This document shows, in pieces, positions 1 to 10,290 of a stretch of 64,000 nt of DNA (its first letter is position 1; every line of letters begins with the position of its first letter). This DNA comes from Syntrophales bacterium (GTDB lineage Bacteria > Desulfobacterota > Syntrophia > Syntrophales > UBA4778), in NCBI GenBank assembly GCA_963665615.2, contig CAXXQE010000008.1:744001-808000 (forward strand), read 5' to 3'. Position numbers and translations under genes: made by a program. The notes under the pieces were generated by a model that saw only the letters and a program-made list of their open reading frames with translations, was not told the origin of the DNA and did not search any database.

Positions 1-644
1 ATACCTTCCTATATACCGGATCGGTCAAAAAGATCAAACAGCTGATCGATGACGATGTCATTGGCAACGTCTATTATTTCGACTCTATCCGCGTCAACCT
101 CGGGTTATTTCAACATGACGTCAATGTGATATGGGATCTAGCTCCCCACGACCTGTCCATCATGATGCACATCATCGGCGATGTCCCGACGGCCGTCGTC
201 GCAACGGGCGCCGCGCATTTTCGAGACGGCCAGGAGAATGTCGCTTACCTGACCTTTTATTTCAAAAACAACATCATCGGCCACGTCAACGTCAACTGGC
301 TGTCGCCTGTGAAGGTGCGTACCACCCTGATCGGCGGGCAAAAGAAGATGCTGGTCTGGAACGACCTTGAACCCGATGAGAAGATCCGGATCTATGACAA
401 GGGCGTGCAGGTCAGGACTCGTGAAGGCAAGTACAGCTTGTTGGTAGACTACCGTTCCGGCGATATCTGGGTTCCCAAGGTTGAACAGACCGAAGCCCTG
501 AGGGCCATGGCGGAGAAATTTGTCAACTATATCGCCGACGGCGAAAAGATTCCCAACGATGGTGAAGCCGGTATGCAGGTGGTTAAACTGCTTCAGGCCG
601 CCGATCAATCCATTAAAAACCGCGGAAAGCTCATCAATATATGA
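1..644 (+). CDS. Gfo/Idh/MocA-family oxidoreductase (5'-truncated by window edge)
   Basis: Frame open from position 3: TFLYTGSVKKIK...RVNLGLFQHDVNVIWDLAPHD...VNWLSPVKVR, typical of sugar-nucleotide Gfo/Idh/MocA dehydrogenases. Confidence 0.88.
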   Translation, partial: TFLYTGSVKKIKQLIDDDVIGNVYYFDSIRVNLGLFQHDVNVIWDLAPHDLSIMMHIIGDVPTAVVATGAAHFRDGQENVAYLTFYFKNNIIGHVNVNWLSPVKVRTTLIGGQKKMLVWNDLEPDEKIRIYDKGVQVRTREGKYSLLVDYRSGDIWVPKVEQTEALRAMAEKFVNYIADGEKIPNDGEAGMQVVKLLQAADQSIKNRGKLINI

Positions 645-1120
645 AAGACGACCTCTATATTTCCGACGATGTAAAACTCGGAGAGAATGTCCGATTCTCC
701 AAGTTCATCAACCTTTACGGCTGTTCTATTGGCGACAATACCAAGATCGGTGCGTTCGTGGAAATCCAGAAAAACGCCCATGTCGGCAAGAACTGCAAGA
801 TCTCCAGCCATACCTTCATTTGCGAGGGCGTGACCATCGAAGACGACGTGTTTGTTGGGCACAACGTCAGCTTCATCAACGATTCCTATCCGCGGGCTAC
901 CAATGCGGATGGCGGCCTACAGACGGAAGCCGACTGGAATGTCGAGCCGACGCTGGTGAAGAAGGGGGCGTCGATTGGAACGGGATCTACGATCCTCGCT
1001 AACGTGACCATCGGCGAGGGGGCGCTTGTCGGCGCCGGCAGCGTCGTTACGAAAGATGTTCCGGACAGAGCCGTCGCCGCAGGCAATCCAGCAAAGGTCA
1101 TTCGGTTCTTGAGTGAATAG
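641..1120 (+). CDS. Hexapeptide-repeat N-acetyltransferase (WbpD/FdtC-like)
   Basis: IGDNTKIGAFVEIQKNAHVGKNCKISSHTFICEGVTIED, GAGSVVTKDVP, GNPAK; ATGA overlap with upstream gene. Confidence 0.9.
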   Translation: MKDDLYISDDVKLGENVRFSKFINLYGCSIGDNTKIGAFVEIQKNAHVGKNCKISSHTFICEGVTIEDDVFVGHNVSFINDSYPRATNADGGLQTEADWNVEPTLVKKGASIGTGSTILANVTIGEGALVGAGSVVTKDVPDRAVAAGNPAKVIRFLSE

Positions 1121-1411
1121 TCAACAGTCAACGGTAAATAGTGAACAGTAAACAGCAAGCAACCACGGCATCGATTTTTTCAATCTTTTACCGTTCACCA
1201 TTTACTTATTGATGGATTCGTAAAAAGTCGAAAAATGCGTCATTACGAGGAACGCAGTGACGAAGTAATCTCATGAATTCATCAGGTTGGATTGCTTCGT
1301 TTCACTCCCCGACCACTACCTCGGGACAAGCGCAATGACAGGAAACGATACTTTTTACGAGACCATCACTATTCACTGTTGACTGTTTATGATTCACTAT
1401 TTACTGTTCAC
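1112..1411. repeat. 7-bp-period tract pair (A-rich 1112-1160; T-rich 1187-1210 and 1368-1411) interrupted by a MITE
   Basis: tgaatag tcaacag tcaacgg taaatag tgaacag taaacag, then complementary tttaccg ttcacca tttactt and ctattca ctgttga ctgttta. Confidence 0.85.
1211..1367 (-). mobile_element. MITE/REP-like palindromic element, copy 1 (GATGG...CCATC ends)
   Basis: Terminal inverted repeats gatggattcgtaaaaagt / actttttacgagaccatc; inner GTCAT...ATGAC stem; aligns with 45316-45448 in opposite orientation. Confidence 0.75.
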
Positions 1412-1432
1412 TTTCTTTTCGTGGAGGAAAAC

Positions 1433-2539
1433 ATGAAAGTTCCATTTCTAGATCTGAAGATCCAGTACAAAGCACTGCAAGATGAAATCCAGAAAGCCCT
1501 GATAGATGTCATGGAAAACACGGCATTTGCCGGTGGTCCCTTTGTTGCCCGCTTCGAGACGGACTTTGCCGCATTCTGCGGTTCCAAATATGCTGTCGGC
1601 GTCGGAAACGGTACGGACGCTCTCTGGCTCAGCTTGCTCGCCCTGGGCGTCGGTCCCGGCGATGAAGTCATCACCGTGCCGAGCACCTTCATTGCGACAG
1701 CCGAAGCGATCAGCTATACCGGCGCGACCCCGGTCTTTGTCGATATCAAGGAAGAGTCCTACAATATGGATCCGGCCTGTCTGGAGCAGGCGATCACCAA
1801 AAAAACCAAGGCTATTATCCCTGTTCACCTCTTCGGCCAACCCGCCGATATGGACCCGATTCTGAAGATCGCTGCACTTCATAACATACCGGTTTTGGAG
1901 GATGCCTGTCAGGCCCACGGCGCGGAATACAAGGGACGAAAGGCCGGCACCATCGGTAAGACCGGTTCCTTCAGCTACTATCCGGGAAAGAACCTGGGGG
2001 CGTACGGCGAGGCCGGGGCTGTGACGACAGACGATCCGGAGATTGCCGACAAGATCAAGATAATCCGCGACCACGGTCAGGCGAAAAAATATTACCATGA
2101 CGTTATTGGCTGGAATGCCAGGATGGACGGATTTCAGGGTGCCGTGCTCGGCATCAAACTTAAACACCTCGCGGACTGGAATAACGCCCGCCGTGCCCAT
2201 GCAGCGCAGTATAACAAGCTATTGGCCGGATTGCCGCAGGTGATCCTTCCCAAGGAGATGGATTACGCGAAACACGTCTATCACATCTACGCGATTCGCG
2301 TGAAGGAACGCGACAAGTTTATGGCCTATCTGAACGAAAAGGACGTTGCCTGCGGCATCCACTACCCCGTTCCTGTGCACCTTCAGAAAGCTTATGCCTT
2401 CCTGAACCTCAAAGAAGGCAGCTTCCCGGTAGCCGAGAAATGTGCCGCGGAGTTCGTTTCCCTGCCCATGTTCCCGGAGTTGTCGACCGAACAGATCGAA
2501 TACGTTGCAGAGACAGTGAGGGGATATTTTAGTAAATAG
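1433..2539 (+). CDS. DegT/DnrJ/EryC1/StrS PLP-dependent sugar aminotransferase
   Basis: MKVPFLDL, GNGTDAL, EDACQAHG, SYYPGKNLGAYGEAG; start at ATG 1433 after GGAGG. Confidence 0.93.
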   Translation: MKVPFLDLKIQYKALQDEIQKALIDVMENTAFAGGPFVARFETDFAAFCGSKYAVGVGNGTDALWLSLLALGVGPGDEVITVPSTFIATAEAISYTGATPVFVDIKEESYNMDPACLEQAITKKTKAIIPVHLFGQPADMDPILKIAALHNIPVLEDACQAHGAEYKGRKAGTIGKTGSFSYYPGKNLGAYGEAGAVTTDDPEIADKIKIIRDHGQAKKYYHDVIGWNARMDGFQGAVLGIKLKHLADWNNARRAHAAQYNKLLAGLPQVILPKEMDYAKHVYHIYAIRVKERDKFMAYLNEKDVACGIHYPVPVHLQKAYAFLNLKEGSFPVAEKCAAEFVSLPMFPELSTEQIEYVAETVRGYFSK

Positions 2540-2668
2540 TGGACAGTAAACAGTGAACGGGAAAAGATAAAAAACGCTGCCATCATTTTTTGCTGTTTAC
2601 CACGCACTGATGACGGCGGCGTCAGCCGCTATTTGCCATTTACTGTTTACTCATAACTGTTGACTGTT
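2531..2668. repeat. 7-bp-period tract pair with GCGGC-N4-GCCGC hairpin (2616-2629)
   Basis: agtaaatagtggacagtaaacagtgaacgg overlapping the stop; T-rich catttactgtttactcataactgttgactgtt before next start. Confidence 0.8.
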
Positions 2669-2674
2669 ATTGTT

Positions 2675-3706
2675 ATGATAGAAATCCTGAATCCATCAGA
2701 GATTGGAAATTGGAATGACTTGCTGCCGTCAGTGGCGACTCCATGCTCTTTTTTCCTTTGCTCTGAATGGGCTCGCATTCTTCAGGAGACCTATCGCTAC
2801 AAGCCGCTCTATTTCACCATCCGGGACGAAAATGGTATTCGCGCTCTGCTCCCGGTCATGGAAGTGGACAGCTGGCTTACGGGGAAAAGGGGCGTAGCGC
2901 TTCCCTTTTCAGATATCAGTGAGCCCCTTGCGCCCGACCGCACCTCGTTTGAAGACATCTATCAGCACGTATTGAACTACGGCAGGACACACGGTTGGAG
3001 ATACCTGGAACTCAGAGGCGGAGAAGACTTTTTCGGAGATTGTCAAGAGTGGGAGCATTACTGGGGCCATACCCTTGATTTGTCCGGCGGCATTGACAAC
3101 GCGACCCGCAGGTTGAGAGAGTCTACGCGGAGGAACATCAGCAAGGCCGAAAAAGAAGGCATCGTTGTGAGGATTATCGCTGATACTGATGCCATGCAGG
3201 CCTTCGTTCATTTAAACGATATCACTCGGCGCGATCACGGGCTTCCGCCGCAACCGCGGGCCTTTTTTCGCAATGTGCAGAAATACCTCCTTGAAAAGGG
3301 GAGGGGATTCATTGCAGTTGCCTCCTGGCGGAGCCGGATTGTTGCGGCCAATGTCTATTTTCTCTTCGGAGATCAGGTCCTCTACAAATACGGCGCCTCA
3401 GATCGCAGATTTCAGAGGTTGAGAGCCAACAATGCCATTATGTGGCACGCCATCAAGTGGAGCTGCGAAAACGGATATAATAATCTTTGCCTCGGTAGAA
3501 CGGAACCCCAAAACCTGGGGCTTCGGCAGTTTAAAACAGGCTGGGGGGGGCAGGAAAAACCGATCCGTTATTACCGCTACGATCTGAGCCGGGACGCATT
3601 TATAAAGAAAACGCCAGGGAGCGGCTTTTCAAAGCGGATATTCGAGCATCTGCCAATTCCCGTTCTGAACGCCGCCGGTAAGATACTTTATCGACATATG
3701 GGGTAA
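2675..3706 (+). CDS. FemAB-related GNAT-fold protein
   Basis: LPVMEVDSWLTGKRGVALPFSD, TRRDHGLPPQP, YKYGASD, GRTEPQNLGLRQFKTGWG; family commonly found in exosortase-linked EPS loci. Confidence 0.82.
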   Translation: MIEILNPSEIGNWNDLLPSVATPCSFFLCSEWARILQETYRYKPLYFTIRDENGIRALLPVMEVDSWLTGKRGVALPFSDISEPLAPDRTSFEDIYQHVLNYGRTHGWRYLELRGGEDFFGDCQEWEHYWGHTLDLSGGIDNATRRLRESTRRNISKAEKEGIVVRIIADTDAMQAFVHLNDITRRDHGLPPQPRAFFRNVQKYLLEKGRGFIAVASWRSRIVAANVYFLFGDQVLYKYGASDRRFQRLRANNAIMWHAIKWSCENGYNNLCLGRTEPQNLGLRQFKTGWGGQEKPIRYYRYDLSRDAFIKKTPGSGFSKRIFEHLPIPVLNAAGKILYRHMG

Positions 3707-3719
3707 TGACTGCCGGAGG

Positions 3720-4010
3720 CAGTGGAAAAGTTAACAGTAAATAGAAAACAGTGAATAGTGAGAAGAAAGCAGAACCTATGAGAATATAGTCTCAGCGCTT
3801 TTTGATCCTTTTTTCATTTACTGTTTACTATTTACTGTTAACTCTCTTTTCGATTATGTAATCGAGCAGGCGGAGCTGTATCAACAGCAAGTGAATACTG
3901 AACAGGACTGCGAACTAAACACCGCGGCCTTAGCCGCCTTAAAAGACCTGAATCCACCGTTTACTATTCACTGTTTCCTGTTTACTATTTCTTTTCACGA
4001 TTCACCGTTA
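3720..4010. repeat. 7-bp-period tracts with hairpin at 3924-3937
   Basis: agttaacagtaaatagaaaacagtgaatagt; catttactgtttactatttactgttaact; gcggccttagccgc; tttactattcactgtttcctgtttactattt. Confidence 0.8.
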
Positions 4011-4027
4011 TATGTCACCGTTTTAAA

Positions 4028-6031
4028 ATGAGCCACCTCTACTACAAACTCAAACCATACATTCCCCGAAACGTTCAAATTTTTCTTCGGCGGCAGCATA
4101 TTCTTTTGAAAAGGCCGCACTATAAGGACGTTTGGCCGATTGATCCCAAGAGTCATGTGGCGCCTCCCGGTTGGCGCGGTTGGCCAGACGGCAAGCGCTT
4201 TGCGTTGGTGCTCAGTCATGACGTGGAAACACAAAAAGGCCTCTGCCTCATTCCGAAGATTGTAAAAATGGAACAGGCCTTTGGCTTTCGTTCTTCCTTT
4301 AATTTTGTGGCGGGCGATTATGTTGTCTCCGACAGCCTGCTAGACTTTCTTCGTGAATCTGGCTGTGAGATTGGCGTGCATGGCCTCCATCACAAGGGAA
4401 ATCTCTTCGACTCCTACGATAAATTTATGATGCAGGCCAAAGAGATTAATGCATACTTGAAGAAGTGGCAGGCCGTCGGGTTTCGATCCCCCAGTATGTA
4501 CCATAATTTGGAATGGATTCATCACCTGGATATCGAATACGACGCATCCACCTTTGATACTGATCCCTTCGAGCCTCAGAATGATGGAACAGGCACGATA
4601 TTTCCCTTCCATGTCCATAATGCCCATGGCTCTCATTATGTCGAACTACCATATACTCTTCCCCAGGATTTTACGATTTTCATCCTGATGGGCGAAAAAA
4701 ACATCGACATCTGGAAACGCAAAGCGCAATGGGTGGCTGAACATGGGGGGATGGTGCTTGGCAATGTCCACCCTGACTATATGAATGATGGTCAGGGCCA
4801 GAGAGCTGCTGACGAATATCCGATTGAGCTGTATAATAATTTTCTTATATGGATTTATGAGACCTATAAAAATGAATACTGGCAGGCCCTTCCCAGAGAG
4901 GTCGCTCAGTATTTTTCTCAGCAACAGAACATTCCCTCCATCAAAACATCCGCAACAGAGACTTGCACCGAGAAGCTCAGTCCGCAGGAGATAGGGCCGG
5001 AGCGAGACGAGGAGTGGGACCGTTTCGTCCGTTCTCATCCAGATGGCTGGATCACACATCTTTCAGGGTGGAGACGTACACTGGAGAAGAGCTATCCGCA
5101 TATCAAAGGGCACCAGATCGCACTTCTCGATCAGGATCATCATATTCAGGCCTGCCTCCCGATCTATGAGGTGCGCAGTTGGTTGACAGGAAACAGGCTT
5201 GTCTCAGTGCCCTTTGCAACGTTAGGCGATCCCCTGATTACGACGGCACATGACTTTGAACTCCTGTATAGTGAAGTCGATGTGTTGTCAAAACGTCTGT
5301 CTATCCCTAGGAAGGAGATCAAAACGCTAAACACCGCAAACCTCATAAAGACTGAGGCGCTGAGTTGCAGTCGCCATTTTGTTCACCATGTGCTTGAACT
5401 TGATGAACCGGATAAAATGAAAAAGAAGTTTCACTATAAATCCGTAACATACGAAATTAACAAAGCCGCCAAACATCATCTTGAACTGCTCGCGGCGAAA
5501 GATGAAGAAGACCTCAAGACATTCTACCGGCTATATTCCGCAACGCGGAAACGCCTTGGACTTCCCCCTCAGCCATATGTTTTTTTTCAGATGCTCTGGC
5601 GCACATTTCAACCTGACCACCTGAATGTATGGCTCGCTAAATATGAGAATCAAATCATTGCAGCGCTCATGACCTTCAAGTTTGGCAGGCGCGTATCCTC
5701 TGAAGCGCTTGGATGGGATAACCGCCTCGAAAAAATCAGTCCGAATCACTTCCTCTATTGGGAAGTAATCAAGCGCTCATATGAAGAAGGGTATAATCTG
5801 TTTGACTTCGGGCGCACGGCATTGGATAACACCAATTTGCTGAATTTTAAAAAACATTGGGGAACAACTATCCTGGATTTGCCACAATTTCAGGCCCCCG
5901 CCGCAAGTGGCAGGAATCCTATTGGCAGCGGTGATTCAAACAAGGTAAAAATTGTTAAAGCGATTTGCCGGCATATCCCGCAGGGGTTATATTCCTATTT
6001 CGGAGATTTTTGCTATAGACATCTTGGATGA
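4028..6031 (+). CDS. Fusion: polysaccharide deacetylase domain plus FemAB-related GNAT domain
   Basis: N-half LSHDVE, EIGVHGLHH, GFRSP, ELPYTLPQD; C-half SWLTGNRLVSVPFA, TRKRLGLPPQP, FDFGRT, FKKHWG (paralogous to 2675-3706). Confidence 0.8.
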   Translation: MSHLYYKLKPYIPRNVQIFLRRQHILLKRPHYKDVWPIDPKSHVAPPGWRGWPDGKRFALVLSHDVETQKGLCLIPKIVKMEQAFGFRSSFNFVAGDYVVSDSLLDFLRESGCEIGVHGLHHKGNLFDSYDKFMMQAKEINAYLKKWQAVGFRSPSMYHNLEWIHHLDIEYDASTFDTDPFEPQNDGTGTIFPFHVHNAHGSHYVELPYTLPQDFTIFILMGEKNIDIWKRKAQWVAEHGGMVLGNVHPDYMNDGQGQRAADEYPIELYNNFLIWIYETYKNEYWQALPREVAQYFSQQQNIPSIKTSATETCTEKLSPQEIGPERDEEWDRFVRSHPDGWITHLSGWRRTLEKSYPHIKGHQIALLDQDHHIQACLPIYEVRSWLTGNRLVSVPFATLGDPLITTAHDFELLYSEVDVLSKRLSIPRKEIKTLNTANLIKTEALSCSRHFVHHVLELDEPDKMKKKFHYKSVTYEINKAAKHHLELLAAKDEEDLKTFYRLYSATRKRLGLPPQPYVFFQMLWRTFQPDHLNVWLAKYENQIIAALMTFKFGRRVSSEALGWDNRLEKISPNHFLYWEVIKRSYEEGYNLFDFGRTALDNTNLLNFKKHWGTTILDLPQFQAPAASGRNPIGSGDSNKVKIVKAICRHIPQGLYSYFGDFCYRHLG

Positions 6032-6213
6032 ATTTGCTTGCGCAGGGATAGACGAGCAAGAATGAAGTCCATGATTTTCTTTTAGGATTGCATCCCATTA
6101 CAGAAAATTTATAACGACGAAAATCCTTCCGGTAACGCAGATAAAAATAACGTTTAAATTTTAACAGGATAAAATCCCAGAAAGTTCCGGCAAGAGGCAT
6201 TGTGAGATAAGAT

Positions 6214-7446
6214 ATGAGCACGATAATGAACAACGACGATTCGATGCCCAAGCATCAGGGGGAGCAATTACGTGTTTGCATGCTCTCCTACTCATTTTAT
6301 GATACTGATAATCGGGTAATGCGATACGCAGAGGCACTTGCACGTCGCGGGGATACGGTTGATGTTTTAGCTCTTGGTCATGAGGCCAATACTCACAGGC
6401 AAATTGACGGCGTTAATGTCTACTATATTCAAAAGAGAGTGCATGATGAAAAGCGCAAGATTTCATATCTTCTAAAAATCCTTACCTTCCTTTTCAAAAG
6501 CGCCTTGATCGTGACAAAAAAACATTTTCAAGCGCCTTACGACATTATTCACGTTCATTCGGTGCCCGATTTTGAGGTCTTTGCAGCGCTTATTCCAAAA
6601 CTGCTTGGTGCCAAAATAATCCTGGATATTCACGATCCCGTGCCAGATTTCTTCTCTGCTAAATTCGGATATCCCGAGAAAAGCATATATTATAGGTTGC
6701 TTAAAGCTATAGAATGGGCATCCGCTCTGCTTGCCGATCATGTCATTACAGTTACAGATTATTGGAGAAATCGTATCAAGGAAAGGTCCCGCATCGCGGA
6801 CAACAAAATTTCAGTCATTGTCAATTATCCTGATCTATCAAAATTTCACATCCCCACCGAACTTGCTGAAAAAGCATTGAACAAGACTTCATTTACTATC
6901 TTGTATCCAGGTACGCTTAACGCCCATTGCGGCGTCGATCTCGTCGTCAAAGCGGTAAAAGTTCTGGAAAACAGAATTCCAAAAATCCGCTTTGATATAT
7001 ATGGAAGTGGTACTGAACAAAATACATTAAAAAAACTGGTGAAGGATTTAAATTTAGAGGGCAGCGTTGTCTTTCACAATCCAGTTCCATTTAATAAGAT
7101 CCCTTTACTAATGGCTGAAGCAGATATGGGGATTGCACTACTAGCTGGTCAGAGCAAATATGCACGGCAAGCACTGAACGTGAAATTGTTTGAATTCCTG
7201 GCTATGGGTGTGCCGGTTGTAGCATCACGCGTAGAATCCATCGAATATTATTTGGGGCAGGATACTGTCATGCTCTCAAGCCAGAACGATGTTGAAGACA
7301 TCGCCCGGTGTATCGAAACGCTCTACAATGATCCGCAGAAGAGAGCCGCGTTGAGGGCGCATGGATTCGATTATGTGAAAAAAAATAATTCTCAAACCGA
7401 GATGACAAAATATATCGCCATTATCGAGGCGTTAAGCAGAAAGTAA
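6214..7446 (+). CDS. Glycosyltransferase family 4
   Basis: DNRVMRYAEALA, IILDIHD, KLFEFLAMGVPVVAS. Confidence 0.88.
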   Translation: MSTIMNNDDSMPKHQGEQLRVCMLSYSFYDTDNRVMRYAEALARRGDTVDVLALGHEANTHRQIDGVNVYYIQKRVHDEKRKISYLLKILTFLFKSALIVTKKHFQAPYDIIHVHSVPDFEVFAALIPKLLGAKIILDIHDPVPDFFSAKFGYPEKSIYYRLLKAIEWASALLADHVITVTDYWRNRIKERSRIADNKISVIVNYPDLSKFHIPTELAEKALNKTSFTILYPGTLNAHCGVDLVVKAVKVLENRIPKIRFDIYGSGTEQNTLKKLVKDLNLEGSVVFHNPVPFNKIPLLMAEADMGIALLAGQSKYARQALNVKLFEFLAMGVPVVASRVESIEYYLGQDTVMLSSQNDVEDIARCIETLYNDPQKRAALRAHGFDYVKKNNSQTEMTKYIAIIEALSRK

Positions 7447-7483
7447 GGAAGGCAATCTGAAGCAAAGAGAAAGGCGGTGCAAA

Positions 7484-8608
7484 ATGGAATTTATAGACCT
7501 TAAGGCGCAACAGCAGAGAATCGCCGCGCAGTTGGAGTCTAATATAAAAGAAGTATTGAGCCATGGAAAGTACATTATGGGGCCGGAGGTCAAGGCGCTC
7601 GAAGACAACCTTGCAGCGTATGTCGGCAAGAAGCATGCGATAAGTTGCGCTTCAGGAACAGATGCGCTGCTGATGGCGCTAATGGCCTGTAACATCGGGC
7701 CTGGCGACGCAATATTTACGACGCCCTTCACATTCATCGCTACAGCGGAAGTGATCAGCCTTCTGGGCGCGACACCCATCTTTGTTGATATTGATCCTGT
7801 GACGTTCAATCTTGATCCCAATAAACTCGATGAATCAATAGTGCAGTTGAAAAATGAGAAGGCGCAATCGCTTCGTCCTAAAGCCATTATCGCAGTCGAT
7901 ATATTTGGCTTGCCTGCGGATTATGATGCCATTAGAAACATTGCTGAACGAAACAACCTCATGATCATAGAGGATGCTGCGCAGTCATTCGGCGGCGAAT
8001 ACAAAGGGAAAAAGGCGTGTTCATTTGGGGATATTGCCTGCACCTCTTTCTTCCCGGCAAAGCCTTTCGGCTGTTATGGCGACGGTGGCATGTGTTTTAC
8101 CGATAGCGATGCAATTGCAGAGATACTGAAATCGATTCGCGTGCACGGTCAGGGAAGCGACAAGTATGACAATATCCGGATAGGAATAAATGGCCGATTA
8201 GACACCCTGCAGGCGGCTATCCTATTGGCGAAATTTGAAATTTTCCCCGATGAAATAGAACGACGCCAGATTGTGGCCAAGAATTACTCGGAACTGTTGA
8301 AGCCTTTTTCAAGACTAACCGTGCCTACGGTTCCAGATGGATATAAGAGCGCATGGGCACAGTATTCCATAATGGCGCAGGATGAAGGACAGAGAAAGAA
8401 TATAATAAATGTTCTCAGCAATTCGGGCGTGCCAACAGCGATTTACTATCCCAAACCGCTTCATCTCCAAACCGCATTCTCATTTTTGAATTACGAGAAA
8501 GGCGCCTTCCCTGTAAGTGAAAATGTATCTTCAAGAATATTCAGTCTGCCGATGCACCCGTATCTGAAGCTTGAGGAGCAGAAGACAATCGCCCAGGCTA
8601 TTTCATAA
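7484..8608 (+). CDS. DegT-family aminotransferase (WbpE-like)
   Basis: [54 protein letters not shown]. Confidence 0.92.
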   Translation: MEFIDLKAQQQRIAAQLESNIKEVLSHGKYIMGPEVKALEDNLAAYVGKKHAISCASGTDALLMALMACNIGPGDAIFTTPFTFIATAEVISLLGATPIFVDIDPVTFNLDPNKLDESIVQLKNEKAQSLRPKAIIAVDIFGLPADYDAIRNIAERNNLMIIEDAAQSFGGEYKGKKACSFGDIACTSFFPAKPFGCYGDGGMCFTDSDAIAEILKSIRVHGQGSDKYDNIRIGINGRLDTLQAAILLAKFEIFPDEIERRQIVAKNYSELLKPFSRLTVPTVPDGYKSAWAQYSIMAQDEGQRKNIINVLSNSGVPTAIYYPKPLHLQTAFSFLNYEKGAFPVSENVSSRIFSLPMHPYLKLEEQKTIAQAIS

Positions 8609-8630
8609 GCAGCTTAGAATAGAGAGCACG

Positions 8631-10256
8631 ATGATGAAAAAAACAAAGACAAACATTGCCGTTATTGGATCAGGATATTGGGGAAAGAACCTGATAAGGA
8701 ATTATGCTCAGCTGGACGCGCTCAAACTTATCTGCGACAGCAACGAGACACTGTTAGAACATTTCAGGAATCAATATCCTGGCGTGAAGACCTGCGTATC
8801 GATCAATGATGTGCTGGCTCAAGAGGATATTCAAGGCATTGTCATTGCAACACCGGCGGAAAAGCACTTTGAGATCGCCCGCGAATCACTGCTGGCACAA
8901 AAAAATGTTTTTGTTGAAAAGCCGTTAGTGCTGGATGAGAAGGAAGCAAGTGAACTGATTCAGATTGCGGAGGAAAAGAAAAGGGTCCTTATGGTTGGGC
9001 ACCTGATGCAATATCACCCGGCCTTTCAACGCCTGAAAAAACTCGTTACAGATGGCGAATTGGGACGAATCAATTACATTTATTCGCATCGCCTGAACCT
9101 CGGCAAGATCCGGCGTGAGGAAAATGCGCTTTGGTCCTTTGCACCTCACGACGTTTCCATGATTCTTGCTCTTTCAGGCGAAATGCCGGAGAGTGTTCGA
9201 TGTACCGGCGGAAACTACCTCCATAAGAAGATTGCGGATGTAACGACAACACACATGGAGTTTCCATCCGGTCTCAAATCCCACATCTTCGTGTCCTGGC
9301 TGCATCCATATAAGGAGCAAAAGCTTGTCGTCGTCGGAGATCGAAAGATGGCGGTATTCGATGACACGCTTCCCTGGAATGAGAAATTGCTAATTTATTC
9401 GCACAGAATCGAATGGCAAAACAACGTTCCGGTTCCCATAAAGATGGAGCCCGAAAAAATTTGCAATATACCGGAAATGGAGCCGCTGGGACTGGAATGT
9501 GAAACGTTTCTCAAATGCATGAGAACAGGCACTCGACCGATTACAGATGGCGCAGAAGGCCTGCGGGTTCTGGAAGTACTGAATGCAAGTCAGGCGTCGC
9601 TCAATCAGGATGGAATCAAAATCAACTTGTTAAAAGTCAGTTCCGATTCAAATGAATTTGATCATAAAGAGAAAAGAGAACAGGTAAAAGAGGAAGGGGT
9701 CTTTGTTCATCCGTCTGCTATTGTGGAGGATAGGGTCGTTATTGGTGGCACCACAAAAATATGGCACTTTACGCATATACTGCCCGGCTCTGTAATCGGT
9801 AGCGGCTGCAATATCGGCCAGAATGTCGTGATCGGACCGGACGTGCGGATCGGAAATCAGTGCAAGATTCAAAATAACGTCAGCGTATATAAGGGAGTAA
9901 CCTTGGAGGATGATGTGTTTTGCGGTCCCTCAATGGTCTTTACCAATGTATTTAATCCAAGAGCCGCCATCCGGAGGATGGATGAGATAAGACCGACGTT
10001 GCTCAAGAAGGGTGCCTCCATTGGCGCCAATGCGACGATCGTATGTGGAAACACCATTGGCCGTTATGCATTTGTCGGTGCCGGTGCGGTTGTTACCAAA
10101 GATGTACCAGATCATGCATTGGTCGCCGGGAATCCCGCTCGTCAGATTGGATGGATGTGCGAGTGCGGCAACAAACTGGATAGTAAATATATATGCAAGC
10201 TGTGCGGGAAACGGTATCCAGAGTTGAAAAAACAAAAAGCAGTGAAAGTGCACTAG
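8631..10256 (+). CDS. Fusion: Gfo/Idh/MocA oxidoreductase (WbpB-like) plus hexapeptide acetyltransferase (WbpD-like)
   Basis: [22 protein letters not shown]; then [42 protein letters not shown]. Confidence 0.88.
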   Translation: MMKKTKTNIAVIGSGYWGKNLIRNYAQLDALKLICDSNETLLEHFRNQYPGVKTCVSINDVLAQEDIQGIVIATPAEKHFEIARESLLAQKNVFVEKPLVLDEKEASELIQIAEEKKRVLMVGHLMQYHPAFQRLKKLVTDGELGRINYIYSHRLNLGKIRREENALWSFAPHDVSMILALSGEMPESVRCTGGNYLHKKIADVTTTHMEFPSGLKSHIFVSWLHPYKEQKLVVVGDRKMAVFDDTLPWNEKLLIYSHRIEWQNNVPVPIKMEPEKICNIPEMEPLGLECETFLKCMRTGTRPITDGAEGLRVLEVLNASQASLNQDGIKINLLKVSSDSNEFDHKEKREQVKEEGVFVHPSAIVEDRVVIGGTTKIWHFTHILPGSVIGSGCNIGQNVVIGPDVRIGNQCKIQNNVSVYKGVTLEDDVFCGPSMVFTNVFNPRAAIRRMDEIRPTLLKKGASIGANATIVCGNTIGRYAFVGAGAVVTKDVPDHALVAGNPARQIGWMCECGNKLDSKYICKLCGKRYPELKKQKAVKVH

Positions 10257-10290
10257 TCATCTATGTTAACTTGCTACTGAGCCTTATATC

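Noticed and set aside
1292..1432. N-terminal extensions in the ORF track (also 34393-34455, 39774-39905, 60901-60990)
   Set aside because: They translate MITE, repeat or promoter DNA; downstream ATGs fit family N-termini better
3543..3550. G8 tract (and A9 at 32150-32158) as phase-variation sites
   Set aside because: Short, in frame, and explained by Trp-Gly-Gly or Lys codons
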